Positions 24,256-35,200 of a stretch of 64,000 bases of DNA are shown piece after piece. The stretch is from Raja brachyura. Lineage: Eukaryota. Within the stretch, counting starts at the first letter, position 1. Every line of letters starts with the position of its first letter. The translations under genes were made by a program, and so were the position numbers. The notes under the pieces were generated by a model. It had not been told where the DNA came from and made no database searches. It saw only the letters and a program-made list of their open reading frames with translations. Location: positions 12,090,001-12,154,000 of the forward strand of contig OY740802.1 in the NCBI GenBank assembly GCA_963514005.1, written 5' to 3'.

Positions 24256-27200
24256 TCAGTATCCCGTACCTGCCTTCTCTCCATACCCCCTGATCCCTTT
24301 AGCCACAAGTGCCACATCTAACGCCCTCTTAAATATAGCCAATGAACTGGCCTCAACTACCTTCTGTGGCAGAGAATTCCAGAGACTCACCACTCTCTGT
24401 GTAAAGAATGTTTTCCTCATTTCGGTCCTAAAGGAATTCCCCCTTATCCTTAGACTGTGACCCCTTGTTCTGGACTCCCCCAACATCGGGAACAATCTTC
24501 CAGCATCTAGCTTGTCCAACCCCTTAAGAATTTTGTAGGTTTCTATAAGATCCCCCCTCAATCTTCTAAATTCCATCGAGTACAAACCGAGTCTATCCAA
24601 TCTTTCCTCATATGAAAGTCCTGACATCCCAGGAATCAGTCTGGTGAATCTTCTCTGTACCCCCTCTATGGCAAGGATGTCTTTCCTCAGATTTGGAGAC
24701 CAAAACTGTACGCAGTACTCCAGGTGTGGCCTCACCAAAACCCTGTACAACTGCAGTAGAACCTCCCTGCTCCTATACTCAAATCCTTTCGCTATGAATG
24801 CTAACATACCATTTGCTTTCTTCACTGCCTGCTGCACCTGCATGCCTACTTTCAATGACTGGTGTACCATGACACCCAGGTCTCGTTGCATCTCCCCCTT
24901 ACCTAATCTGCCACCATTCAGATAATAGTCTACCCTCATGTTTTTGCCACCAAAGTGGATAACCTCACATTTATCCACATTGTACTGCATCTGCCATGCA
25001 TCTGCCCATTCACTCAGCCTATCCAAATCACCCTGCAGCCTCCAAGCATCCTCCTCACACCTAACTATACCCCCCAGCTTGGTATCATCTGCAAATTTGG
25101 AGATGTTGCATTGAATTCCCTCGTCCAAATCATTAATATATATTGTAAATAGCTGGGGTCCCAGCACTGAGCCTTGCGGCACCCCACTAGTCACTGCCTG
25201 CCATTCTGAAAAGGACCCGTTTACTCCTACCCTTTGCCTCCTGTCTGCTAGCCAGTTCTCTATCCACATCAATACTGAACCCCCAATACCGTGTGCTTTA
25301 AGTTTGTATGCTAATCTCTTATGCGGGACCTTGTCGAAAGCCTTCTGAAAGTCTAGATATAACACATCCACTGGTTCTCCCTTATCCACTCTACTAGTTA
25401 CATCCTCGAAAAATTCTATCAGATTTGTCAGACATGATTTACCTTTCGTAAATCCATGCTGACTTTGTCCAATGATTTCACCACTTTCCAAATGCGCTGC
25501 TATCCCATCTTTAATAACTGACTCTAGCAGTTTCCCCACTACCGATGTTAGACTAACTGGTCTGTAATTCCCCGCTTTCTCTCTCCCTCCTTTTTTAAAA
25601 AGTGGGGTTACATTAGCTACCCTCCAATCCTCAGGAACTACTCCAGAATCTAAGGAATTTTGAAAAATTATCACTAATGCATCCACTATTTCTGTGGCTA
25701 CCTCCTTGAGTACTCTGGGATGCAGACTATCTGGCCCTGGGGATTTATCGGCCTTCAATCCGTTCAATTTACCCAACACCACCTCCCGGCTAACCTGGAT
25801 TTCACTCAGTTCCTCCATCTTATTTGACCCCCGTTCCACTGCTATTTCCGGCAGATTATTTATGTCTTCCTTAGTGAAGACAGAACCAAAGTAGTTATTC
25901 AATTGGTCTGCCATGTCCTTGTTCCCCATGATCAATTCACCTGTTTCTGACTGCAAGGGACCAACATTTGTTTTAACTAGTCTCTTTCTCTTTACATATC
26001 TATAAAAACTTTTGCAGTCAGTTTTTATGTTCCCTGCCAGTTTCCTTTCATAATCTATTTTCCCTTTCCTAATTAAGCCCTTTGTCCTCCTCTGCTGGAT
26101 TCTGAATTTCTCCCAGTCCTCCGGTAGGCTGCTTTTTCTGGCAAATTTGTATGCCTCATCTTTTGTTTTTATACTATCCCTGATTTCCCTTGTTATCCAT
26201 GGATGCACCACCTTCCCCGATTTATTCTTTTGCCAAACTGGTATGAACAACTTTTGTACTTCATCCATGCAGTCTTTAAATACCTTCCATTGCACATCCA
26301 CTGTCAACCCTTTAAGAATCACCTGCCAGTCTATCTTGGCCAATTCACATCTCATACCTTCAAAGTTACCTTTGTTCAAGTTCAGAACCCTTGTTTCTGA
26401 CTTAATTTTGTCACTCTCCATCCTAATGAAGAACTCAACCATATTATGGTCACTCTTGCCCAAGGGGCCACGCACAACAAGACTGCTAACTAACCCTTCC
26501 TCATTACTCAATACCCAGTCTAGAATAGCCTGCTCTCTCGTTGGTTCCTCCACATGTTGGTTGAGAAAACTATCCCGCATACATTCCAGGAAATCCTCTT
26601 CCTCAGCACCCCTGCCAATTTGATTCACCCAATCTACATGCAGATTGAAGTCACCCATTATAACCGTGTTACCCTTGTTGCACGCATTTCTAATTTCCTG
26701 TTTGATGCCATCCCCAACTCCAATACTACTGTTAGGTGGCCTGTACACAGTTCCCACTAGCGTTTTCTGCCCCTTAGAGTTTCGCAGCTCTACCCATATC
26801 GATTCCACATCCTCCACGCTAATGTCCTTCCTTTCTATTGCATTTATCTCCTCTCTCACCAGCAACGCTACCCCACCTCCTTTTCCTTTTCGTCTATCCC
26901 TCCTGAATATTGAATATCCCTGGATGTTCAGCTCCCAGCCTTGGTCATCCTGGAGCCAAGTCTCCGTGATTCCAACTATAGCATAGTCATTAATCGCTAT
27001 CTGCACCTTCAACTCATCCACCTTATTACGAATGCTCCTCGCATTGAGACACAAAGCCTTCAGGCTTGTTTTTACAACACTCTTACTCCTTATACAATTA
27101 TGTTGACAAGTGGCCCCTTTCACATCGATCCCTATTACACTTGGCCATACTCTCCTATCCCTTTGTGAGCTTTCTTCCCCGTTAATTCTGGGGTCATTAA

Positions 27201-27330
27201 CCATCGCTTTACTCTCTTTCCCTCTAACTCCGTCCTCGACTATCCCATTTGATACCCCACCCCCCTTATTCAGTTTAAAACCATCCGTGTAGCAGTGGCA
27301 AACCTGCCGGCCAGAATGCTGGTCCCCCAC
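24256..27330 (-). CDS. CR1 ORF2: APE endonuclease plus reverse transcriptase (1024 aa, uninterrupted)
   Basis: APE motifs LNARSI, ITETWL, GGGVALLV, VYRPP, GDFN, LDWV, SDH; RT motifs NYRPVSLTS, DFQKAFDKV, GVPQGSVLGP, FADD. True start codon uncertain. Confidence 0.93.
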   Translation of the reverse strand: MGDQHSGRQVCHCYTDGFKLNKGGGVSNGIVEDGVRGKESKAMVNDPRINGEESSQRDRRVWPSVIGIDVKGATCQHNCIRSKSVVKTSLKALCLNARSIRNKVDELKVQIAINDYAIVGITETWLQDDQGWELNIQGYSIFRRDRRKGKGGGVALLVREEINAIERKDISVEDVESIWVELRNSKGQKTLVGTVYRPPNSSIGVGDGIKQEIRNACNKGNTVIMGDFNLHVDWVNQIGRGAEEEDFLECMRDSFLNQHVEEPTREQAILDWVLSNEEGLVSSLVVRGPLGKSDHNMVEFFIRMESDKIKSETRVLNLNKGNFEGMRCELAKIDWQVILKGLTVDVQWKVFKDCMDEVQKLFIPVWQKNKSGKVVHPWITREIRDSIKTKDEAYKFARKSSLPEDWEKFRIQQRRTKGLIRKGKIDYERKLAGNIKTDCKSFYRYVKRKRLVKTNVGPLQSETGELIMGNKDMADQLNNYFGSVFTKEDINNLPEIAVERGSNKMEELSEIQVSREVVLGKLNGLKADKSPGPDSLHPRVLKEVATEIVDALVIIFQNSLDSGVVPEDWRVANVTPLFKKGGREKAGNYRPVSLTSVVGKLLESVIKDGIAAHLESGEIIGQSQHGFTKGKSCLTNLIEFFEDVTSRVDKGEPVDVLYLDFQKAFDKVPHKRLAYKLKAHGIGGSVLMWIENWLADRRQRVGVNGSFSEWQAVTSGVPQGSVLGPQLFTIYINDLDEGIQCNISKFADDTKLGGIVRCEEDAWRLQGDLDRLSEWADAWQMQYNVDKCEVIHFGGKNMRVDYYLNGGRLGKGEMQRDLGVMVHQSLKVGMQVQQAVKKANGMLAFIAKGFEYRSREVLLQLYRVLVRPHLEYCVQFWSPNLRKDILAIEGVQRRFTRLIPGMSGLSYEERLDRLGLYSMEFRRLRGDLIETYKILKGLDKLDAGRLFPMLGESRTRGHSLRIRGNSFRTEMRKTFFTQRVVSLWNSLPQKVVEASSLAIFKRALDVALVAKGIRGYGEKAGTGY

Positions 27331-28100
27331 CTGTTAAGATGCAATCCGTCCCTTTTGTACAGTTCCCCCTTACTATAAAAAAAATCCTAGTGATCTAAGA
27401 ATCTAAATCCCTGCCCCCTGCACCAGTTCCTCAGCCACACATTCAGGTCCCATATCTCCCTGTTCCTGCTCTCGCCAGCACGAGGAACTGGAAGCAAACC
27501 GGAGATAACAACCCTGGAAGTCCTGCTTTTCAGCATTTTTCCGAGCTCTCTGAAGTCCCGCTGCAAAAAATTCATCTCCTTCTTTCCAACATCATTTGTG
27601 CCAACATGCACGACCACTTCCGGCTGGTCACCTTCGCCCTTGAGGATTGTCTGCACTCTGTCCGTAACATCCTGGATCCTGGCACCAGGAAGGCAGCACA
27701 CCATCCTGGAATCCCGTCTGTTGCCGCAAAAACCCCTGTCCGTACCTCTCACAATGGAGTCTCCAACTACAATGGCGTTGCCCGACTTTGGCCTCTGTGG
27801 GTTTGGCTCATCAGCCCTTTTTGTTTGGCAAGCCAGTCCGCCGCTCAGTGGGATACCGTCTTCTGTCCCGGCAGCTTCCACGTGGGTGAACCTGTTCACA
27901 AGAGGTACAACACCCGGGGACCTTTGCATCCCATGTTTTCCTCCCTTTCTCACCGTCACCCACCTTCTCTCTTCTAGTGCCTTGGGTGTAACAATCTCAC
28001 TGAAGGACTTGTCGAGAAACGACTCAGTTTCTCGAATGAACCTGAGGTCATCCACTTGTTTCTCCAGTTCCCCAACACGGTCCTTCAGGAGCTGTACCTG
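27270..28100 (-). pseudogene. CR1 ORF1 with SGNH/GDSL esterase domain; N-terminus missing and premature stop
   Basis: Coiled coil LLKDRVGELEKQVDDL; GDSIVRG, PGA and HVGTND blocks. TAG at 27387-27389 is followed in frame by DFFYSKGELYKRDGLHLNRWGTSILAGRFATATRMVLN* ending at about 27270. Confidence 0.88.
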
Positions 28101-28320
28101 GAAGGCCTGTTTCCTAAAGAATGAGGATATCTCCAATGCCCTACTATGGAACACCTCATCCTGGGCACAGATGCAGCGTAGATGGAGGAATTGGGAGTAT
28201 GGTGGGAAGAAATGTAGACAAGATAGTTATAGGAGTCAGTAGGTTTGTAGTAGATATTGGTTAATAGTCTGTTTCCTGCGTTGGAAACAATAGGGAGATG
28301 TCGGAGATGGTCTGAGTAAT
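28100..28320 (-). mobile_element. Penelope-like element, upstream part (RT C-terminal region)
   Basis: Minus strand reads GNRLLTNIYYKPTDSYNYL..PYSQFLHLRCICAQDEVFHSRALEISSFFRKQAF, contiguous with PSSIIDEALTRV at 24153. Confidence 0.85.
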
Positions 28321-28790
28321 GGACGATATATCCAAAGAGAGATATATGAGAAATAATGCAAATTTATTTTGTTGTTAACTATGTCCTTCCCTCTTCCCAC
28401 ACGGCAATTTAAATCTCTTTGGAATTTAATCAAGGTTGGTTATTGAATGAGCTAGCACTCAGAAGTGGCCTCCTGCTATGTCGTAATAAGTAAGATAATC
28501 AGAGTTATTACTTTAAGTTGATGACCTTTCAACACAACTGGGAATAGCTAGACAGTAATAAAATATATTGCAGAGAAAAGAGAGAGGGGTAGATGGAAAA
28601 AAAGGGAAGGTCTATGTTGGGGTGAAGGCCAGGAGAGGCAACCTTCCTGAACCATCCTTGTAAATATTTAATGCACCTTCTCCAATAGTATAGAAATGTG
28701 ACCAGAACTGCATGCACTACTTCAAATGTACTCTAATGAAAGTTCAGTATGTTTTGGAATAATGTCCCTGCTTTTTAGTTCTATGCCTCC

Positions 28791-29100
28791 AGCAGCACGG
28801 TGGCTTAGCGGTAGAGCAACTGCCTCACAGCGCCAGGAACCTGGGTTCGATTCTGACTACCGGTGCTTGTCTGTACAGAGTTTGTACGTTCTCCCCGTAA
28901 TCTGCGTGGGTTTTCTCCGGATCTTCGGTTTCCTCCCACACTCCAAAGACCTACAGATTTGTAGGTTAGTTGGCTTGGTATAAAATGTAAATTGTCCCTA
29001 GTGTGTATAGGATAGTGTTAGTGTGCGGGGATCACTGGTCGGCATGGAGTCGGTGTGCCGGAGGGCCTGTTTCCGCGCTGCATCTCTAAACTAAATTAAA
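28791..29100 (+). mobile_element. tRNA-derived HE1/V-type SINE
   Basis: A/B boxes, central domain, (CTAAA) tail. Confidence 0.9.
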
Positions 29101-29732
29101 TATTACCTGGTATTCAGTTCAGCTTTTATACTGGAGATTTACAATTTTCCCACTATGCTTCTTTAGATTTATACTATTTTTTCCACTCGCTCTCCATGCC
29201 AAGCACAGATTAATAAGTTCAACATCAATTTTCTTTAAAAAGTGAAGTTCTTGTGAAGAACAAAAGCAGTCTGCCACTTGATGTGCAAATTTAACGCATA
29301 CCACACAACTCCCAATGAAAGTGTCCCTGCTTCCTTAGCCAACATTGTGCCATCTGGCCATTTGTTCCAGAGATCCTAGACTGTGAGTCTTAGATCCCTT
29401 CCACTATGCCAGACTAGCCAGATGAACACAAGGTCAACATACATGTCCAACTGCACAGAATTGCTCCACCAGTTCCCCATCAGTGCAGGTGCTGGCTGGC
29501 CATCCCTCCCCACCTTATGCAAATATTCAGGACCAGCAAACCTCCCGCTGCACTACCTTGAGCCTGCATTCCTCATGGTCCCCATGCGGCACAAAAAGCC
29601 AGCAGCGAAGTGGAGATGATTCCTGAATTAGCTTAAGGAACTTTAGACTTTAGAGATACAGTGTGGAAATCAGCTCACCGAGTTTGTGCCGACTAGTGAT
29701 CACCCCATACACTCGTTCCTGTACACTAGGAA

Positions 29733-30967
29733 CAATAGACAATAGACAATAGGTGCAGGAGTAGGCCAGCACCACCATTCAAAGTGATCATGGCTGATCA
29801 TCCACAATCAGTACCCCGTTCCTGCCTTCTCTCCATATCCCTTAACTCCGCTATCCCTCAGAGCTCTATCTAACGCTCTCCTGAAAGCATCCAGAGAACC
29901 AGCCTCCACCGCCCTCTGAGGCAGAGAATTCCACACACTCACAACACTCTGTGTGAAAAAGTTTTTCCTCATCTCCGTTCTAAATGGCTTACCACTTATT
30001 CTTAAACTATGGCCCCTGGTTCTGGACTCCCACAACATTGCGAACATGTTTCCTGCCTGAAGCTCGTCCAAACCCTTAATAATCATATATTTCAATAAAA
30101 TAACCCTCTCATCCTTCTAAATTACAGAGTATACAAGCCCTGCGCTCCAATCTATCAACATATGACAGTCCCGCCATCCCGGGAATTAACCTTGTGGACC
30201 TACGCTGCACTCCCTCAATAGCAAGAATGTCCTTCCTCAAGTTTGGAGACCAAAACTGCACACAAGGCTCCAGGTGTGGTCTCACTAGGGCCCTGTACAG
30301 CTGCAAGAGGACCTCTTTGTTCCTATACTCAGCTCCTCTTGTTATGAAGGCCAACATGCCATTCGTTTTATTCACTGCCTGCTGTACCTGCATGCTTACT
30401 TTCAGTGACTGATGAACAAGGCCCCCCAGATCCCATTGTACCTCCCCTTTTCCCAACTTGACACCATTTAGATAATAATCTGCCTTCCTGTTTTTGCCAC
30501 CAAAGTGGATAACCTCACATTTTTCCACATTAAACTGCATCTGCCATGCATCTGCCCACTCCCCCAACCTGTCCAAGTCACCCTGCTTCCTCATGGCATC
30601 CTCCTCACAATTCACACTGCCACCCAGCTTTGTGTCATCTGCAAATTTGCTAATGTTACTTTTAATCCCTTCATCCAAATCATTGATGTATATTGTAAAT
30701 AGCTGTGTCCCAGCACCGAGCCTTGCGGTACCCCTCTAGTCATTGCCTGTCATTCTGAAAGGGACCCGTTAGTTCCTACCCTTTGTTTCCTGTCTGCCAA
30801 CCAATTTTCTATTCATGTCAGCACACTATCCGCAATATCATGTGCTCTAATTTTGCCCACTAATCTCCTGTGTGGGACCTTATCAAATGCTTTCTGGACG
30901 TTCAGGTACACAACATCCACTGACTCTCCCTAGTCCATTATCCTGGTTACATCTTCAAAAAATTCCT
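29733..30967 (-). mobile_element. 5'-truncated CR1 LINE (RT C-terminal half)
   Basis: ORFs 30109-30678 (ISKFADDTKLGG) and 29808-30095; (CTATTGT)n tail; abuts a SINE tail at 29640-29732. Confidence 0.92.
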
Positions 30968-32240
30968 ACATTCCTTAATTCATACATTCATAGGTTTTTC
31001 CTATGCAGCCAGATCTAACATAGCAGGCTATGTTATGTCCACCCTTGCGGTGTTGAGTTTGTGTGCCTGCCTCAACTTGTTCCACCTCGTTTGGTGCTGC
31101 AGCAATGGCCTTGCTATGGAATGGCTAGAATTTCTCTCGGAGCAGCGGTAACAGGCTTCTGCTTGCTGGTGACTCCAGTAGGAGCCTGTCCCACATAATT
31201 AATGATCCAAGGCACTGGAAACGTGGCCAGCCAAGGTCATGATGAGGTCAGGGCTTTGGGCAGAAGTCAAGTCTTGACATTCCTTTATTGCAACCAGTAA
31301 TAGATACCGTAATACAACCAGATATTCAATTATGAAGCTCGTAGATTTGATACATAGTTTGGTCCCAAGATTGGTGCAGACCTCACTTAATGTTGCCAAA
31401 TGTTTCCATCCGAAATGTCACTTATTCCTTTCCTTCAGGGATGCTGCCTCACCCGCTAACTTCACTCCAGCTTGTTGTGTCTATCTTCACTTAACGTTGC
31501 ATGGGATCCAGGGAGATATTGCCGGCTGGATAGACAATTGGCTTCATGGAAGGAAGTTAAATGCTCCACTGCAGCGAAATCAAACAAAATGTCAACATGA
31601 GGCCACAGAGGAGATATTCGAGTAGTTGAGCAAATACCAGCATTAAAGTTATCGGTTCTAAGGTTTTCCAAAGCAGAAAGGCAAGTGTGAGATGCAAAGT
31701 GATTTGAGGTAGGAATTCAGAAAGTGGAGTTTCACTTGTGTAAACAATCAAATCTTCAAGAAGCCAGAATTAATGGAAAATAGATATCTTGGAGGATTGC
31801 AATGCTGAAGAGGATAAGCTGAAAATAAGGATAAGAAATTGAAATTTAAAATCACCTCATAAATGAGTATCAATTTACACCCAGGTCAAATTCAGTACTG
31901 CTAAGAAAGATAATGGTACATTGAGTTTATTATTTTTGGATATCTGAGGATATGTAAGCTCAGCATTGTGTACTTGCCACACTTGCTGCTTGACCACGAC
32001 TGCCGTCACAGCATCATATGTGGTTCAATGTGGAATGAAAAAATATCTATTTGATATTTTTTGAAAATCAATTGTTGAAAATTACTGTATGGCATCTAAG
32101 GTTTCTATTTGACCCTCAGCAAAAGCCTCGACCTGAATCATCAAACATTCCTTCTCTCCAGAGACGCTGCCTGTCCTGCTGAGTTACTCCAGCTTTTTGT
32201 GTCTATCCAGGGGAAAGGTGGTGCTGCCTTTCCATCATTT

Positions 32241-32526
32241 TGGGCGGCACAGTGGCACAATGGGTAGTGCTGATTCCCCAACAGCATCAGAGAGGTTCAA
32301 TCCTGACCTTGGTTGCATCTTCTCCACATGATCACATGGAGCGTTCCGGTTTCTACCCAGGTCCCAAAGATTTGCGGGCTTGCAGGTTAATTGACCTCTG
32401 TAAATTGCCGCTAGTCTGTGAGGAGTGAGTGAGAAAGTGGGAACACGTAGAACGAGTGTGAACATGTAATCGATGGTCAGCGTGGACTCAGTGGGCTAAA
32501 GGGACTGCTGTATCTCCAAACTAAAT
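32241..32526 (+). mobile_element. tRNA-derived SINE, diverged
   Basis: GGGCGGCACAGTGGC head, GGTTCAATCC, tail. Confidence 0.8.
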
Positions 32527-33019
32527 CTCTCCATGAATAGAGACAATCCCAAACAGAAGTCAAAGATCTCTAACCACAATCATGCACCATTACACTTGTA
32601 TTTGTATTTTTTTGTTGTATTTGTCTTGGCTGTATGTCTACTGTCTAATCCGTAAGGTTAGTGTACACAAGGATTTTCATTGTATATGACAAGAGACTAA
32701 ACTAATCTAACCTCAAAGCAAGGTAAATGTTCCAAATTTGTGCATCACGATGACACACTCTTAAAGCAGAACTTAAGGACTTGAACTCTGTTTAACATTA
32801 CATGAAACTTGCTCATCTTTGTTGGTTTCAGCAGGTTGTGTGAGCTGTACTAGGATATCCTTAAAGGGTTGTCCAATTCTGCATCCATTTGTTACTTTTG
32901 GTAAAGTGTATCATTGACAAGGGAGAGTAGAAGGTACTAGCAAACGGTCTTCTAAACATTATTTGCGACAGGATAATCTACAGTATACAGTTAATAAATA
33001 TTTAACAGGTGAAAGTACT

Positions 33020-33346
33020 TCGCTTGGGCAGCTTACATCCCAGTGGTATGATAATTGGTTTCTCTCACTTCAGGTAGCCGCGGCATTCCCTCTCTCTCTA
33101 TCCCTCCCCCACCCAAGTCGCACTTGCTTCTCATTTTTACTCTTCAAACAGCTATCAATGGCATGTTTCCTTTATCATCGTTACTTTTTTGCATATCTTT
33201 CATTCATTGTTCTTTATCTCTCCACATCATCATATATACCTCTCGTTTCCCTTATCCCTAACCAGTCTGAAGAAGGGTCTCGACCCGAAACGTCACCCAT
33301 TGCTTCTCTCAAGCGATGCTGCCCTGTCTAGCTTTTTGTGTCTACC
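33020..33346 (+). mobile_element. Penelope-like 3' end with pLTR
   Basis: End of GIY-YIG ORF (LGSLHPSGM), pyrimidine-rich 3'UTR and pLTR. Confidence 0.75.
33262..33300 (+). ncRNA. Minimal type I hammerhead ribozyme-like motif in a Penelope pLTR
   Basis: GT-CTGAAGA-A-GGGTCTCGACCC-GAAA-CGTC-AC: conserved core, stem II and palindromic ACGT stem III. Stem I has only 2 bp in cis. Confidence 0.5.
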
Positions 33347-33375
33347 CTGGGAACACTAGAATTCTTCTCTCCTAG

Positions 33376-33668
33376 ATTTGTTTAATTTCATTTAGATATA
33401 CAGCATGACAGCAGGCCCTTCGGCCCACCGAGTCCATGCCGACCATTGATTCACTCTGGTTCACATTATTCCACTTTCTCACCCACTTCCTACACACTAA
33501 GGGCAATTTTCAGAGGCCAATTATGAACTAACAAACCTGCATGTCTTTGGGATGTCGGATAAAATTGGTACATCAGAAGGAAACCCACATAGTCACACGG
33601 AAAACATGCCAACTCCATACAGATAGCACCCGAGATCAGGATCGAACCCATGTCTCTGGCGCTGTGAA
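33376..33668 (-). mobile_element. tRNA-derived SINE
   Basis: Reverse-complement tail, central domain and B box. Confidence 0.8.
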
Positions 33669-34004
33669 ACATTGTCTCACCCATTTCTTTTCAGGAACAA
33701 ACATGCAAATATTTTGGAGACCCTTTGCATCTAGTTTGTTGGAGAGGAATCTCGTTGAATCAGTCAGGATTTAATGGGGTATATCAATCTAATACTACTC
33801 TCGTTTAATTTCAATGAAAATCTAAATCACTTTGGAGGAATGGTTGACTTGGCTGCAACCTGCTAATGGTCCGACAGACATGTTAGTTAAAATATTTCAC
33901 CTCAGTGTTGTTATTTGGCCTGTGGTACATTCCATCTGATTACTGCAGCTGCTGTAACCTTTGGTGCCATTTTAGGTTCAGCTGAAGCAGATGTTTGCAT
34001 GTAA

Positions 34005-34556
34005 AGGGCCTATCCCACTGCGTTGACCTAATTGGCGAGTTTAGAAGAGTTTGCCCTCGACTCATACCCGCAGCGTGGTCGACACGAGGTCCTAGGAAGT
34101 CTTTGTAACTCTCCTTCATGCTCGAGAGTAGTCCCCGCGTACTCAAGGCCTCAGCTAGGTCACAGCATATTTATCAACATGCTGAAAAATGCCCGCGAGT
34201 AAAAAAAGGTTGTCATGGAAAAAATCTATATTTATTTTACTCGTAGGTTTAGTCGAAGTAGGTCGTAATAGGTCGGCATGTTATTCGTAGGTAATCGAGG
34301 ATAGTCAAAGGTAGTCGTAGATAGTCTTCAACATAGTCGAAGGGAGGTCGAAGGAGATCGAGGAGGTTGTCTGCACTCTCCATTATTCGGTGTCCAATTT
34401 TCCCGAAGCTAGTCGAAACTAGCCGAAGCTGGTCTTCAATATAGTCGAAGGAGGTCGAAGCTAGTCTTCTACATATTCAAAGGAGGTCTTCAACATGACA
34501 CTTTTTCAAACTCTCCTAAACTCTCCTAAACTCGCCAATTAGGTTGCCGCAGTGGG
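34005..34556. mobile_element. PIF/Harbinger-type MITE, right TIR tip lost
   Basis: TAA|AGGGCCTATCCCACTGCG..CCTAATTGGCGAGTTTAG vs CTAAACTCGCCAATTAGG..CGCAGTGGG; same terminal motif as the MITE at 37076. Confidence 0.7.
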
Positions 34557-34894
34557 TCATCTAGCATCTGCAGTTCGCCCACCCATTGAGGCCACTATAA
34601 CTTGAAGATTCCAGTGAATACTGGGGACACAAGATTTTTTTCTTTAGGAATGTCCGCCTGGAAAATTGGATTACACTCAGTCAAGAGTCGAGCGTTAACA
34701 GTGTCATATTTACCAATGACGGAAACGTGAAATTCTTACTTGCAGCAGCACAACAGGTTTGTAAGCACAATACACAGATAATATATAATAATAACATTAA
34801 TTAATAACCCCACGACTAGTACAAAAAAACCCCTAAGTGCAACCAGAGATAGTCCATAGTTCATAGCTGAGGTTAGTATTGTGTTGTGTACTCA

Positions 34895-35200
34895 TTTAGT
34901 TTAGTTAACTTTACAGATATAGCGCGGAAATAGGCTCTTTGGCCCACCAATTCTGCGCCGACCTGCGATTCCCGTACACTAGTTCTATCCTACACACTAG
35001 GGACAATTTACAATTCTTTCTGAAGTCAATTAACCCACAAACCTGTACGTCTTTGGAGTGTGGGAGGAAACCGAAGCACCTGGAGAAAACCCACGTGGTC
35101 ATGGGGAGAACGTACAAACTCCGTACACACAGCACCTGTAGTCAGGATTGAACCCCAGTCCATGGTGATGTAAGGCAACAACTGTGCCACCGTGCCAACC
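34895..35200 (-). mobile_element. tRNA-derived SINE
   Basis: Full reverse-complement copy. Confidence 0.88.

Larger units (their letters stand above)
24154..28100 (-). mobile_element. Near-full-length CR1 LINE, 5'-truncated within ORF1, inserted into the Penelope element
   Basis: (TTTCTATG)n tail at 24154-24180, intact ORF2 and esterase ORF1; Penelope sequence resumes at about 28100. Confidence 0.95.

Noticed and set aside
24644-28242. Plus-strand ORFs up to 214 aa
   Set aside because: Antisense shadows of the CR1 ORFs.
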